This document shows, one piece after another, positions 22,864 to 32,000 of a stretch of 32,000 bases of DNA (position 1 is its first letter; every line of letters starts with the position of its first letter). The notes beneath the pieces were generated by a model. It had not been told where the DNA came from, made no database searches, and saw only the letters and a list, made by a program, of their open reading frames with translations. This stretch comes from Sphingomonadales bacterium (GTDB taxonomy: Bacteria; Pseudomonadota; Alphaproteobacteria; Sphingomonadales; Sphingomonadaceae), in contig JBBSTE010000002.1 in the NCBI GenBank assembly GCA_038236185.1, forward strand, positions 3,219 to 35,218, read 5' to 3'. A program made the position numbers and the translations under genes.

Positions 22864-24465
22864 AGCCCCGCGCGCGGCGTCGATCCGCTCGCCGAGGTTC
22901 CCGCGACCGCCGCCGCCGAACCGTTCGAGGATCGTGCCGCGCTCCACACCTCGAACGTGCCGCTGCTGACGATCGGCGTGATGGCGGCGACGATCATGCA
23001 AATCCTCGATTCGACGATCGCCAATGTCGCGCTGCCGCGGATGACGCCCGATCTCGGCGCGACCGCCGACACGATCACTTGGGTGCTGACGAGTTATATC
23101 GTCGCCTCCGCGGTCGCGATCCCGGTGACCGGCTGGCTCGCCGATCGGGTCGGTTCGCGCAACTTGTTCCTCGCCGCGACGGTCGGCTTTGTCGCCGCCT
23201 CAATGCTGTGCGGCCTCGCGACGAGCCTGCCCGAGATGGTGCTGTTCCGTGTCCTGCAGGGGACCGCGGCGGCGTTCATGAATCCGCTCAGCCAGACGGT
23301 GATGATGGATATCAACCGCCCGTCGAAACAGGCGAGCGCGATGTCGATCTGGGGCATGGGGGTGATGGTCGGGCCGGTGCTCGGCCCGGTGATCGGCGGC
23401 TGGCTGACCGACAATTACAATTGGCGCTGGGTGTTCTACGTCAACGTGCCGATCGGCATCGCGTGTTTCGCGATCCTGTGGGCGCTGCTGCCGACGCGGC
23501 CGATCGGCCGGCGGCGGTTCGATATCTTCGGCTTCTCGATGCTCGCGCTGGCGATCGCGTCGTTCCAGATCATGCTCGACCGCGGCCAATCGAACGACTG
23601 GTTCCAGTCGTGGGAGGTGTGGATCGAGGGGATGGTCGCGCTGTGCGCGCTGTGGATGTTCCTGGTGAACCAGTTCACCGCGAAACAGCCGATGTTCGAC
23701 CGCGAATTGCTCAGGAACCGCAACCTCCTGACCGGCATGTTTTTCATGCTGGTGACGGGTGTGCTGATGATGGCGACGATGGCGCTGCTGCCGCCGATGT
23801 TGCAGACGTTGTTCGGCTATCCCGTACTCGACACCGGGTTGCTGCTCGTGCCGCGCGGTATCGGCATCATGGCGAGCATGTACGTCGCGGGGCAGGCGAT
23901 CCAGCGCGGCTTCGATCCGCGCATCCTCGTTGGCACGGGCCTCGTCGTCGCGGCGGGTTCGCTGTGGCAGATGACGCAGTGGACGCTGGTGATGGGGTCG
24001 ACGCCGTTCATCGTCAGCGGTCTAGTTCAAGGGCTGGGGTTGGGGCTGATCTTCATCCCGCTCAACATCACCGCGTTCGGCACGCTGCCGCCGCATCAGC
24101 GGACCGAAGGCGCGAGCCTGATGAACCTGTTCCGCAACGTCGGCGCCTCGGTCGGGATTTCGGTCGTCACCGCGCTCCTCGCGCGCAACATCCAGACGAG
24201 CCACATGGAATTGGGCGGGCATATCACCGGTTACAGCGTCGATTCGGTCGACCCCGGCATCGTCTCGGTGCTCGGCGCGACGGGGGAGACCGTCACCGCG
24301 ATGCTCAACGCGGAGGTAAACCGCCAGGCGGGGATGATCGCCTATCTCGACGACTTCAAATTGATGATGATCCTGACCCTGCTCGCGATCCCGCTGGTGC
24401 TGGTGCTCAAACGCCCGCCGCGGCCGAAGGCGGGCGACGAGGCGATCCACGTGGCGATGGACTGA
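22852..24465 (+). CDS. emrB: EmrB/QacA-subfamily (DHA2, 14-TMS) MFS drug efflux transporter
   Basis: 537 aa. The N-terminal motif LLTIGVMAATIMQILDSTIANVALPRM is characteristic of DHA2. Motifs GWLADRVGSRNLFL and LFRVLQGTAAAFMNPL are present. The protein is highly hydrophobic throughout and lies downstream of emrA. Confidence 0.9.
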   Translation: MAAASPARGVDPLAEVPATAAAEPFEDRAALHTSNVPLLTIGVMAATIMQILDSTIANVALPRMTPDLGATADTITWVLTSYIVASAVAIPVTGWLADRVGSRNLFLAATVGFVAASMLCGLATSLPEMVLFRVLQGTAAAFMNPLSQTVMMDINRPSKQASAMSIWGMGVMVGPVLGPVIGGWLTDNYNWRWVFYVNVPIGIACFAILWALLPTRPIGRRRFDIFGFSMLALAIASFQIMLDRGQSNDWFQSWEVWIEGMVALCALWMFLVNQFTAKQPMFDRELLRNRNLLTGMFFMLVTGVLMMATMALLPPMLQTLFGYPVLDTGLLLVPRGIGIMASMYVAGQAIQRGFDPRILVGTGLVVAAGSLWQMTQWTLVMGSTPFIVSGLVQGLGLGLIFIPLNITAFGTLPPHQRTEGASLMNLFRNVGASVGISVVTALLARNIQTSHMELGGHITGYSVDSVDPGIVSVLGATGETVTAMLNAEVNRQAGMIAYLDDFKLMMILTLLAIPLVLVLKRPPRPKAGDEAIHVAMD

Positions 24466-24541
24466 GGCAGCGAAACCGGGAACACTCGCGGAGCCGGATC
24501 GTACTAGGCGCAGCGCGGCTTACTCGCGACGATCCGGGACA

Positions 24542-24985
24542 ATGATCATGGCGACCGATCATCCATCGGCTATTGTAGGCCACCCGATCCACAATTTGCT
24601 CTCGGCCTTCCCGATCGCCTTCTTCACGGGAGCGTTCGTCACCGACATCGTCTACGCCAATACCGCGCAGATGATGTGGGCGAACTTTTCGATATGGCTG
24701 ATCACGGGTGGGCTCATCATGGGCGGCCTCGCGGCGATCGCGGGGACCGTCGATTTCGCCGCGCGCAAACATGCGGCCGCCCGACGGCGCGGCTGGCCGC
24801 ATACGATCGGCACCGCGCTCGTTATGGTGCTTTCGTTGATCAACGCCTTTGTCCACAGCCGCGACGCCTGGACGTCGGTGGTGCCCGCGGGAATCATCCT
24901 GTCGGGGATCGTCGCGATCCTGGTGCTGGTGACGAGCTGGATGGGCGCATCGCTCGTCTACCGCGCGAATGTGGGAGCGGCATGA
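24542..24985 (+). CDS. DUF2231-like integral membrane protein
   Basis: 147 aa with about 4 TM helices. GHPIHNLLSAFPIAFFTGAFVTDIVY is typical of the DUF2231 family, which commonly precedes PQQ-dependent sugar/sorbosone dehydrogenases. The stop overlaps the next ATG (ATGA at 24982-24985). Confidence 0.7.
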   Translation: MIMATDHPSAIVGHPIHNLLSAFPIAFFTGAFVTDIVYANTAQMMWANFSIWLITGGLIMGGLAAIAGTVDFAARKHAAARRRGWPHTIGTALVMVLSLINAFVHSRDAWTSVVPAGIILSGIVAILVLVTSWMGASLVYRANVGAA

Positions 24986-26280
24986 TGCGCATCGCTATCG
25001 CTTTGGCCCTCGTCGCCGGCGCCGCGCTAGCCGGTTGCGACCGTGCCGATGCGCCGACCAGTTCGCAGGTCGGCCCCAACCCGCCGCTTCCCGAACAAAC
25101 CCAATACCTCGTTCCCCCGATAAAGATCGCGCCGGTCGCGAAATGGAACGGGGCAACGCCCACGGTTCCCGCGGGCCTAAAGATTGCCGCTCTCGCGACC
25201 GGGCTGAAGCATCCGCGCTCGTTGTATGTCCTCCCCAACGGCGACGTGCTGGTGGTCGAGACCAACGGCCCGGCCGAGCCGGGCTCGCGGCCCAAGGACA
25301 TCATCATGGGCTGGGTGCAGAGCTTTGCGGGGGCGGCCGCCAAGGGCGGCAACCGCATCACGCTGCTTCGTGACGCTGACGGCGACGGTAAACCCTAGGT
25401 CCGCACCGTCTTCCTCGACCATCTCAATTCGCCGTTCGGCGTCGCGCTCGTCGGAGGCGATCTATACGTTGCCAACACCGACGCGATCGTCCGCTATCGC
25501 TATGCGACGGGGCAGACCAGGATTACCAGCGGCGGCACGATCCTGACGCATCTGCCGGGCGGCCCGATCGACCATCACTGGACCAAGAGTCTCGTCGCGA
25601 GCCCCGACGGAAGCAAACTCTACGCGGGCGTGGGATCGAACAGCAACATCACCGAAAACGGGATCGAGGCGGAAAAGGAACGCGCCGCCATTTGGGAGAC
25701 CGACCGCACGACCGGCGCGCACCGTCTCTACGCGACAGGGCTTCGCAACCCCAACGGTCTGTCGTGGAATCCCGAGACCGGGCAATTGTGGGCGGTCGTC
25801 AACGAACGCGACGAACTTGGCCCCAACCTCGTGCCCGATTACATGACCTCGGTGCGCGACGGCGGTTTCTATGGCTGGCCCTATAGTTATTGGGGAAGGC
25901 ACATCGATCCGCGCGTCCAGCCGCGGCGCGACGATCTCGTCGCGAAGGCGATCGTCCCTGATTATGGCCTCGGCTCGCATGTCGCGCCGCTCGGCATGAC
26001 TTTCTATACAGGAGCGATGCTGCCCGCGGGGTATCGCGGCGGTGCGTTCGTCGGCGAGCATGGCAGCTGGGATCGCTCGCCGTTGAGCGGCTATCGCGTC
26101 GTCTTCGTTCCGTTCGCGGGTGGGCGTCCGTCGGGCAAGGCGCAGGACGTTGTCACCGGATTCCTCGACAAGGACAATCACGCGCGCGGTCGTCCCGTCG
26201 GCCTTGCGGTCGACCGCGCCGGGGCGTTGTTGGTGGCCGATGATCTCGGCGATACCGTCTGGCGCGTCACCGCAGGCTAG
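24982..26280 (+). pseudogene. PQQ-dependent sugar (sorbosone/glucose) dehydrogenase-family lipoprotein interrupted by one in-frame TAG at 25396-25398
   Basis: Track ORFs 24676..25398 and 25630..26280 are in the same frame (954 nt apart). Reading through the TAG gives a continuous beta-propeller sequence: MMRIAIALALVAGAALAGC (lipobox) ...[46 protein letters not shown]...[30 protein letters not shown]...[28 protein letters not shown]...[16 protein letters not shown]...[27 protein letters not shown]. Confidence 0.75.
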
Positions 26281-27922
26281 GCAGGTCGAGCCCCTTCTCC
26301 TGCGCGCACTCCAATGCGATCTCATAACCCGCATCGGCGTGACGCATCACCCCGGTCGCTGGATCGTTCCACAAAACCCGCTCCAGCCGCTTCGCCGCCT
26401 CCGGCGTGCCATCGGCGACGATCGCCATCCCGGCATGCTGCGAATAGCCCATGCCGACGCCGCCGCCGTGGTGGAGCGAAACCCAGGTCGCGCCGCTCGC
26501 GGTGTTCAGAAGCGCGTTGAGGAGCGGCCAGTCGCTGACTGCGTCGCTGCCGTCGCGCATCGCCTCGGTCTCGCGGTTGGGCGACGCGACTGAGCCTGAA
26601 TCGAGATGATCGCGACCGATCACCACCGGCGCTTTCAGCTCGCCGCTCGAGACCATCTCGTTGAAAGCCAAACCGAGGCGATGGCGGTCGCCGAGGCCGA
26701 CCCAGCAGATCCGCGCGGGGAGGCCCTGAAACTTGATCCGCTCGCGCGCCATGTCGAGCCAGCGGCGCAAGGGCGCGTTGTCGGGCAATAGCTCCTTCAC
26801 CTTGGCGTCGGTCTTGTAGATGTCCTCGGGATCGCCCGACAGCGCGACCCAGCGGAACGGGCCGATACCGCGGCAGAACAGCGGACGGATATAGGCAGGG
26901 ACGAAGCCGGGGAAGGCGAAGGCGTTCTCGACGCCCTCGTCTTTCGCGACCTGGCGGATGTTGTTGCCGTAATCGACCGTCGGCACCCCCGCCGCCTGGA
27001 AAACGAGCATCGCGCGGACGTGCGTTGCCATCGATTTGCTCGCGGCGGCGGCGACGGTTGCGGGATCCTGTTCGCGCGTTGCGATCCAGCGCTCGACGGT
27101 CCAGCCCGCGGGAAGGTAGCCGTTGACGGGATCGTGCGCGCTGGTTTGGTCGGTCAGGAGATCGGGGCGGACGCCGCGCGCGAACATCTCGGGAAGGAGT
27201 TCGGCGGCGTTGCCGAGCAGGCCGACCGAGATCGGCTCTTTCGCGTTGGTCACGATATCCAGCGCTTCGTCGAGGCTGTCGGTGGCGCGATCGAGATAGC
27301 CGGTCCTGAGCCGCATCTCGATCCGGCTCTGCTGGCATTCGATCGCGAGACACGACGCGCCCGCCATCACCGCCGCCAAGGGCTGCGCGCCGCCCATCCC
27401 GCCTAGGCCCGCGGTCAGCAGCCACCGCCCGGAAAGGTCGCCGCCGTAATGCTGGCGGCCCATCTCGACGAAGGTCTCGTAGGTGCCCTGCACGATGCCC
27501 TGCGTGCCGATGTAGATCCACGATCCCGCGGTCATCTGGCCGTACATCGCGAGGCCCTTGCGATCGAGTTCGTCGAAATGCTCCCAATTCGCCCATTTGG
27601 GGACGAGGTTGCTGTTCGCGATCAGCACGCGCGGCGCATCCGCGTGCGTTCGGAAGACGCCAACCGGCTTGCCCGACTGGACGAGCAACGTCTCGTCGTC
27701 GTTCAGGCAGCGCAGTGTGTCGACGATCCGGTCGTAGCTCTCCCAGTCGCGCGCGGCGCGCCCGATGCCGCCGTAGACGACGAGTTCCTCGGGGCGCTCG
27801 GCGACGTCGGGGTGGAGGTTGTTCATCAGCATCCGCAGCGGCGCCTCGGTCAGCCAGCTCTTGGCGCTGAGCGTGGTGCCGGTGGCGGCTTTGATGGTGC
27901 GGCTGGGGTCGAGACGGGTCAT
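26267..27922 (-). CDS. hutU: Urocanate hydratase
   Basis: Track ORF 26267..28159, trimmed to ATG 27922 ([60 protein letters not shown]...). It is about 552 aa, with highly conserved HutU blocks ([35 protein letters not shown]). Confidence 0.95.
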   Translation of the reverse strand: MTRLDPSRTIKAATGTTLSAKSWLTEAPLRMLMNNLHPDVAERPEELVVYGGIGRAARDWESYDRIVDTLRCLNDDETLLVQSGKPVGVFRTHADAPRVLIANSNLVPKWANWEHFDELDRKGLAMYGQMTAGSWIYIGTQGIVQGTYETFVEMGRQHYGGDLSGRWLLTAGLGGMGGAQPLAAVMAGASCLAIECQQSRIEMRLRTGYLDRATDSLDEALDIVTNAKEPISVGLLGNAAELLPEMFARGVRPDLLTDQTSAHDPVNGYLPAGWTVERWIATREQDPATVAAAASKSMATHVRAMLVFQAAGVPTVDYGNNIRQVAKDEGVENAFAFPGFVPAYIRPLFCRGIGPFRWVALSGDPEDIYKTDAKVKELLPDNAPLRRWLDMARERIKFQGLPARICWVGLGDRHRLGLAFNEMVSSGELKAPVVIGRDHLDSGSVASPNRETEAMRDGSDAVSDWPLLNALLNTASGATWVSLHHGGGVGMGYSQHAGMAIVADGTPEAAKRLERVLWNDPATGVMRHADAGYEIALECAQEKGLDLPSLR

Positions 27923-28704
27923 CGGGCGAATTCCAGGCAGGCGGTGAGGACACGGGCCAGCGTCGCGGCGAGCGGGGCGGCGTAATCGGGGTCGAAGGGG
28001 GGAGGCCAGTTGCTCTCGTCGGGCGTCTCGGGTTCGGGGGCGTAGCCGCGGATCGCGAGCTCCATCTGGATTGCGTGGATGCCGTCTTCGGGGTGGCCAT
28101 AATGCCGGGTCGTCCAGCCGCCCTTGAAACGGCCGTTGACCGCCTGATCGTCGCCGCAAGCCGACGACACCGCGGCAGTCAACGCGGCGTCGCAGGTCGC
28201 GCCGTCGTTCGTGCCGATGCTGAACTGCGGAAGTTCGCCGCCGAACAGCCTCGGGATGCGGCTGCGGATCGAATGCGCGTCGTAGAGGACGACGTGGGAG
28301 TGGGTGTCGCGGAGGCGCGCAATCTCGGCGGCGAGGGCGGCGTGATAGGGGTCGAAACAGGCCGTGCAGCGGCGCGCGATCTCGGCGTCGTCCGGAGTGG
28401 CTGCGGCATAGAGTGGTTCGCCGTCGAAGGTCGTGGTCGGGCAGAGTTCGGTCGTCGCCTGCCCCGGATAGAGCGACGCCCCCGAGGGATCACGGTTCAC
28501 GTCGATCACGCTGCGCGAAACGGGCGTGCGGACGGTGGTCGCGCCGAGGTCTCTGGCGAAGGCGTAGAGCGTGTGGATATGCCAATCGGCGTCGCGCCGC
28601 GCGCGCCAGGGGGAGACGAAGGCGTCGTCGAGTCCGGTGAGATCGATCCCGGTGTGCGGGAAGGCGACGATTAGGGGGGCGGTGCCCTGGTGGGTTTCGA
28701 TCAT
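27919..28704 (-). CDS. hutG: N-formylglutamate deformylase (amidohydrolase)
   Basis: Track ORF 27919..29031, trimmed to ATG 28704 ([24 protein letters not shown]...[20 protein letters not shown]...). It is about 261 aa, and its stop overlaps the hutU start (ATGA). The track extension runs through a palindromic repeat and is spurious. Confidence 0.85.
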   Translation of the reverse strand: MIETHQGTAPLIVAFPHTGIDLTGLDDAFVSPWRARRDADWHIHTLYAFARDLGATTVRTPVSRSVIDVNRDPSGASLYPGQATTELCPTTTFDGEPLYAAATPDDAEIARRCTACFDPYHAALAAEIARLRDTHSHVVLYDAHSIRSRIPRLFGGELPQFSIGTNDGATCDAALTAAVSSACGDDQAVNGRFKGGWTTRHYGHPEDGIHAIQMELAIRGYAPEPETPDESNWPPPFDPDYAAPLAATLARVLTACLEFAR

Positions 28705-28708
28705 GGCA

Positions 28709-28830
28709 CCCCTCCCTTGCAGGGAGGGGCTGGGGGTGGGTGCCGAGCGAAGCGAGGCTCTTGAGGTCGCCGTCGAGCGCGACCTTGCAGGTCGCGCACC
28801 CACCCCCGACCCCTCCCTTGCAGGGAGGGG
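28709..28830. repeat. Nested palindromic intergenic repeat element (REP/MITE-like) between hutH and hutG
   Basis: Two identical terminal hairpins, CCCCTCCCT-tgc-AGGGAGGGG (28709-28729 and 28810-28830), flank a long-range inverted repeat GGGGGTGGGTGC (28732-28743) / GCACCCACCCCC (28796-28807). An inner hairpin is GCGCGACC-ttgca-GGTCGCGC (28777-28797). The architecture matches the element at 22688-22829. Confidence 0.7.
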
Positions 28831-28852
28831 AGCGCGTCTCGCCTGCCGGCCG

Positions 28853-30382
28853 TCACGCGCAAATCCCGGGCAGATCAGTCGCGACCGCCTCCGCCAGCGC
28901 CCCGCCCCGCACCAGCGCCGTCGCCTTCGCCATATCCGGCGCGAAATGGCGATCCTCGCCCAGCGTCGGCACCTCCGCCCGGATCGCCGCGCGCGCCGCC
29001 TCCAGCGCATGGCTCGACAGCAGCGGAGCATGGAAGTCGCACCCTTGCGCCGCCGCCAGCGCCTCGATGCCGATCACGTTCGCCGCATTCGCCGCCATCT
29101 CGAGCAGCCGCCGGCTCCCATGCGCCGCCATCGACACATGATCCTCTTGAGTCGCCGAGGTCGGGATCGAATCGACGCTCGCCGGATACGCCCGCTGCTT
29201 GTTCTCGCTGACCAGCGCGGCGGCGGTCACCTGCGGGATCATGAACCCGGAATTCAGCCCCGGCCGCGGCGTCAGGAACGCGGGCAGCCCCGACAGCGCC
29301 GGATCGACCAGCATCGCGATGCGACGCTCGGCGATGCCGCCGATCTCGCAGATCGCGAGCGCGATCATGTCGGCGGCGAAGGCGACCGGCTCGGCGTGGA
29401 AATTGCCGCCCGACAATGCTTCATCGGTCTCCGGAAAGATCAGCGGATTGTCGGTGACGCCGTTCGCTTCGGTTTCGAGCGTCGCCGCCGCCTGGCGCAA
29501 CACGTCGAGGCAGGCGCCCATCACCTGCGGTTGGCAGCGCAGGCAATAGGGGTCCTGCACGCGCGGATCGTCCACCTTGTGGCTCGCGCGGATCGCCGAA
29601 CCCGCCATCAGCGTCCGCAGAGCGTCGCCGACCGCGATTTGTCCGGCGTGGCGGCGCAGTTTGTGAATGCGTGGGTCGAACGGTGCGTCGGAACCCTTCG
29701 CCGCTTCCGTCGACAGCGCGCCGGTGACCAACGCGGCCTGGAATACGGTCTCGGTCTCGAACAGCGCAGCGAGCGCGTTGGCGCAGGAGAATTGCGTGCC
29801 GTTGAGGAGCGCGAGTCCTTCCTTGGGGCCGAGTTCGAGCGAGGCCAGTCCGGCCTGCGCCAGCGCTTCGGCGGCGGGCATGGTTTCGTCCTTGAGGTGG
29901 ATCGCCCCGACCCCGATCATCGCCGCGGCCATGTGCGACAAAGGCGCGAGATCACCGCTTGCGCCGACCGAGCCCTGGCTCGGGATCACCGGCGTCAGCC
30001 CGCGCGCGAGCATCGCCTCGATCAGCGCGACCGTCGCGGGCTGCACCCCCGACGCACCCTGCGCGAGGCTGGCGAGTTTCAGCGCCATCATCAGCCGGAC
30101 GATCGCGACGGGAGAGGGCGCGCCGACGCCCGCGGCGTGGCTCAGCACGATGTTGCGCTGGAGCGTCGCCAGATCGGCATCGCCGATGCGCACGCTGGCG
30201 AGTTTTCCGAAGCCGGTGTTTATGCCGTAGACCGGCTCGCGCCGCGCGAGGATTCGTGCCACCGCGGCGGCGCTTTCCGCGATGATCGGCGCCGAGGCCG
30301 GGTCGAGCACGGGTGTCGCGCCGCGATAGATCGCGCGCCAGTCGGCGAGCGGGACATCGCCGGGGGTTAGGGTGATCGTCAT
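28853..30382 (-). CDS. hutH: Histidine ammonia-lyase
   Basis: 509 aa. [16 protein letters not shown] contains the Ala-Ser-Gly triad that forms the MIO cofactor. It is colinear with HutH throughout, and its start overlaps the hutI stop (ATGA). Confidence 0.95.
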   Translation of the reverse strand: MTITLTPGDVPLADWRAIYRGATPVLDPASAPIIAESAAAVARILARREPVYGINTGFGKLASVRIGDADLATLQRNIVLSHAAGVGAPSPVAIVRLMMALKLASLAQGASGVQPATVALIEAMLARGLTPVIPSQGSVGASGDLAPLSHMAAAMIGVGAIHLKDETMPAAEALAQAGLASLELGPKEGLALLNGTQFSCANALAALFETETVFQAALVTGALSTEAAKGSDAPFDPRIHKLRRHAGQIAVGDALRTLMAGSAIRASHKVDDPRVQDPYCLRCQPQVMGACLDVLRQAAATLETEANGVTDNPLIFPETDEALSGGNFHAEPVAFAADMIALAICEIGGIAERRIAMLVDPALSGLPAFLTPRPGLNSGFMIPQVTAAALVSENKQRAYPASVDSIPTSATQEDHVSMAAHGSRRLLEMAANAANVIGIEALAAAQGCDFHAPLLSSHALEAARAAIRAEVPTLGEDRHFAPDMAKATALVRGGALAEAVATDLPGICA

Positions 30383-31569
30383 TTGCCGTTCCGGATGCGG
30401 GTATGGAGTGGATTGAAGCCCATGCGATAGACAAGCTCGGCGGGCCGCTCGATGTCCCAGATCGCGAGGTCGCAGGCCTTGCCCGCCTCCAATGTACCGA
30501 TCTCGTCGTGCAGGCCCAGCGCGCGCGCGGCGTTGACCGTGACGCCGCGCAAGGCTTCCTCAACGGTCAGGCGGAACAATGTCGCCGCCATGTTCAGCAC
30601 CAGCAGGATCGAGGTGAGCGGCGAGGTGCCGGGATTGCAATCGGTCGCCAGCGTGATCGGGACGCCCGCTTTGCGCAGCGCGTCGATTGGCGGCAGCTTG
30701 GTCTCTCGGGTGAAATAATAGGCACCGGGCAGGAGCGTCGCGACGGTTCCCGCTGCCGCCATCGCGGCGATGCCCGCGTCGTCGAGATATTCGAGATGAT
30801 CCGCCGACAGCGCGCCGTGGCGCGCGGCGAGCGCGGCGCCGTGCAAGTTAGATAGCTGTTCGGCGTGGAGCTTGACCGGCAGGCGATGCGCGGCGGCGGC
30901 GGCGAATACCCGTTCGGTCTGCGCGGCGGAGAAACCGATCCCCTCGCAAAACGCATCGACCGCGTCGGCGAGTCCCTCGCTGGCAACCGCGGGGATCATC
31001 GTGTCGCAGACGTGGGTGATATAGGCGTCGGCGTCGCCCGCGAACTCGGGGGGCAACGCGTGCGCGCCGAGGAACGTGGTCGCGACCCGCACGTCGCGCT
31101 CGCGCCCGAGCCGTCGTGCCGCGCGCAGCATCCGCGATTCGGTGTCGAGATCGAGGCCGTAGCCCGATTTCACCTCCACCGTCGTCATGCCCTCCGCGAT
31201 CAGCGCGTCGAGGCGGGGCAGGGCGGTCGCGATCAGGTCGTCCTCGCTCGCCGCGCGCGTCGCGGTCATCGTCGAGACGATCCCCCCGCCCGCGCGCGAG
31301 ATCTCCTCATAGGATGCGCCCGCCAGCCGCAGCTCGAATTCATGCGCCCGGTCGCCGGCGTGGATCAGATGGGTATGGCAATCGATGAGGCCGGGCGTGA
31401 TCCAGCGCCCCGCGCAATCGATCGTCTCGGCGGCGTCGGGTGCGCCACCGGCGGGGCCGGCATAAACGATGCGACCCTGGGCACAGGCGACCGAGCCGTC
31501 CTCGACAATGCCCAGACCATCGCCGGTCATCGTCGCGAGTCGTGCATTGGTCCACAGACGATCGGCCAT
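30379..31569 (-). CDS. hutI: Imidazolonepropionase
   Basis: 396 aa. [13 protein letters not shown] is the metal-binding HxH motif. ...[10 protein letters not shown]... is the C-terminal Asp region typical of HutI. Hut context on both sides. Confidence 0.95.
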   Translation of the reverse strand: MADRLWTNARLATMTGDGLGIVEDGSVACAQGRIVYAGPAGGAPDAAETIDCAGRWITPGLIDCHTHLIHAGDRAHEFELRLAGASYEEISRAGGGIVSTMTATRAASEDDLIATALPRLDALIAEGMTTVEVKSGYGLDLDTESRMLRAARRLGRERDVRVATTFLGAHALPPEFAGDADAYITHVCDTMIPAVASEGLADAVDAFCEGIGFSAAQTERVFAAAAAHRLPVKLHAEQLSNLHGAALAARHGALSADHLEYLDDAGIAAMAAAGTVATLLPGAYYFTRETKLPPIDALRKAGVPITLATDCNPGTSPLTSILLVLNMAATLFRLTVEEALRGVTVNAARALGLHDEIGTLEAGKACDLAIWDIERPAELVYRMGFNPLHTRIRNGK

Positions 31570-31592
31570 GCCGCATCATTGCAGCGCCTTGC

Positions 31593-31612
31593 GATAATGT
31601 ATAGACATTATC
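31593..31612. promoter_or_regulatory. Candidate HutC (GntR/HutC-family) operator in the hutI / hutF divergent intergenic region
   Basis: Perfect 8-bp inverted repeat GATAATGT-atag-ACATTATC. Its core, TGTATAGACA, fits the GT-n-TA-n-AC consensus reported for HutC-subfamily GntR regulators. It is an AT-rich patch in the 72-bp divergent promoter region. No hutC gene is in the window. Confidence 0.45.
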
Positions 31613-31641
31613 CTTCTCGTGTGGGCTGAGGACGAGCGCGG

Positions 31642-32000
31642 TTGAGCCAGCATTTCCATTTCGCCGAAGCCATGCTGCCCGACGCTTGGGGCGTGAACGT
31701 CCGCATCTCTGTCGAGGGCGGCGCGATCGCGTCGATCGAGACCGGCGCGATGCCGCAGCCGGGCGATGGCTGTCATGCGATCGCGCTGCCCGGCATGCCC
31801 AACCTTCACAGCCACGCCTTTCAGCGCGGGATGGCGGGCTTGGCCGAGGTCGCGGGTCCGAACGACGACAGTTTCTGGACGTGGCGCGAGACGATGTACC
31901 GGTTCGCCCGGTCGATCACGCCGGAGCAGCTTCAGGCGATCGCCGCGCTCGCCTATGTCGAAATGCTCGAGGGCGGTTTCACCCGGGTCGGCGAGTTCCA
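31642..32000 (+). CDS. hutF: Formimidoylglutamate deiminase; partial (continues beyond the right window edge)
   Basis: Absent from the track because it is open at the right edge. From TTG 31642 (GAGGA 6-10 nt upstream; in-frame TGA at 31627-31629 limits the start): LSQHFHFAEAMLPDAWGVNVRISVEGGAIASIETGA...AIALPGMPNLHSHAFQRGMAGLAEV...DSFWTWRETMYRFA...AYVEMLEGGFTRVGEF. This includes the HxH metal motif and blocks typical of HutF. Confidence 0.8.
   Translation, partial: MSQHFHFAEAMLPDAWGVNVRISVEGGAIASIETGAMPQPGDGCHAIALPGMPNLHSHAFQRGMAGLAEVAGPNDDSFWTWRETMYRFARSITPEQLQAIAALAYVEMLEGGFTRVGEF

Noticed and set aside
22537-22865. Small ORFs 22537..22818 (+), 22542..22805 (-) and 22662..22865 (+) encoding peptides like LSRFCGRGRGPRSGRV.
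   Set aside because: They are read straight through the nested palindromic repeat on both strands. Symmetric ORFs on both strands of a hairpin element are an artefact of the palindrome, not genes.
21437-24545. 454-aa minus ORF (21437..22801) and 488-aa plus ORF (23079..24545).
   Set aside because: They are antisense or off-frame to emrA and emrB respectively. emrB is unmistakably a 14-TMS hydrophobic protein in its own frame, whereas the alternative frame is Arg/Asp/Gly-rich.
25396-25398. Programmed read-through or pyrrolysine decoding of the in-frame TAG in the PQQ dehydrogenase gene.
   Set aside because: No pyl genes or PYLIS-like context are evident, and such decoding is not known in this bacterial group. 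TAG is used as an ordinary stop by neighbouring genes (e.g. at 12213-12215 and 26278-26280). A nonsense mutation or sequencing error is far more parsimonious.
26322-28100. 592-aa minus-strand ORF overlapping hutU in another frame, and the N-terminal extensions of hutU (to 28159), hutG (to 29031), the dehydrogenase (to 7243), the sulfotransferase-like gene (to 15457) and the RyR gene (from 18769).
   Set aside because: The off-frame ORF is Arg/Pro-rich with no similarity to anything I recognise. The extensions are Arg/Ser/Pro-rich, overlap upstream genes or repeat elements, and precede internal ATG/GTG codons. Those internal starts restore canonical N-termini and give ATGA-type coupling or a plausible RBS.
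22688-28830. Possibility that the repeated GC-rich hairpins represent a CRISPR array.
   Set aside because: There are only isolated elements, 6 kb apart. Each is an internally nested palindrome rather than direct repeats separated by unique spacers of constant length, and no cas genes are present.
28571-30370. 599-aa plus-strand ORF.
   Set aside because: It is antisense to hutH, which has the ASG MIO motif and full-length conservation. It is Arg-rich low complexity and begins inside the palindromic repeat.

Overview
High-GC (about two-thirds G+C by eye), sphingomonad-like alphaproteobacterial chromosomal DNA. Real genes show strong GC3 bias, and almost every one carries long Arg/Pro/Gly-rich shadow ORFs on the opposite strand or in other frames. 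Those shadow ORFs account for most of the supplied ORF track.

Layout from left to right:
1. A partial secreted S45 Ntn-hydrolase acylase (penicillin/AHL-acylase type), divergent from a secreted amidohydrolase.
2. A roughly 15 kb accessory glycan-modification island (2.8-18.1 kb). It holds two paralogous helical-repeat + GT4 glycosyltransferase fusions, a stand-alone TPR protein, a TviB/WbpO-type nucleotide-sugar dehydrogenase, a UDP-glucuronate-4-epimerase-type SDR, a secreted PL1 pectate-lyase-like beta-helix protein, two sulfotransferase-like proteins and three class I SAM methyltransferases. No export, polymerase or priming genes are in the window.
3. A translationally coupled pair (18.1-21.1 kb): a membrane-anchored TIR-domain protein and a 2-TM / double TrkA_N Rossmann / RyR-domain protein. 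I consider this the best candidate for an undescribed NAD-derived-signal module.
4. A marR-emrA-emrB-like efflux operon, with a nested palindromic repeat element between emrA and emrB.
5. A DUF2231 membrane protein coupled to a PQQ-dependent sugar dehydrogenase lipoprotein that carries one in-frame TAG.
6. The histidine utilisation locus hutU-hutG-(second nested palindromic element)-hutH-hutI on the minus strand. It is divergent from a partial hutF across an intergenic region holding a HutC-type palindrome.

I saw no rRNA, tRNA, CRISPR array, transposase or integrase.
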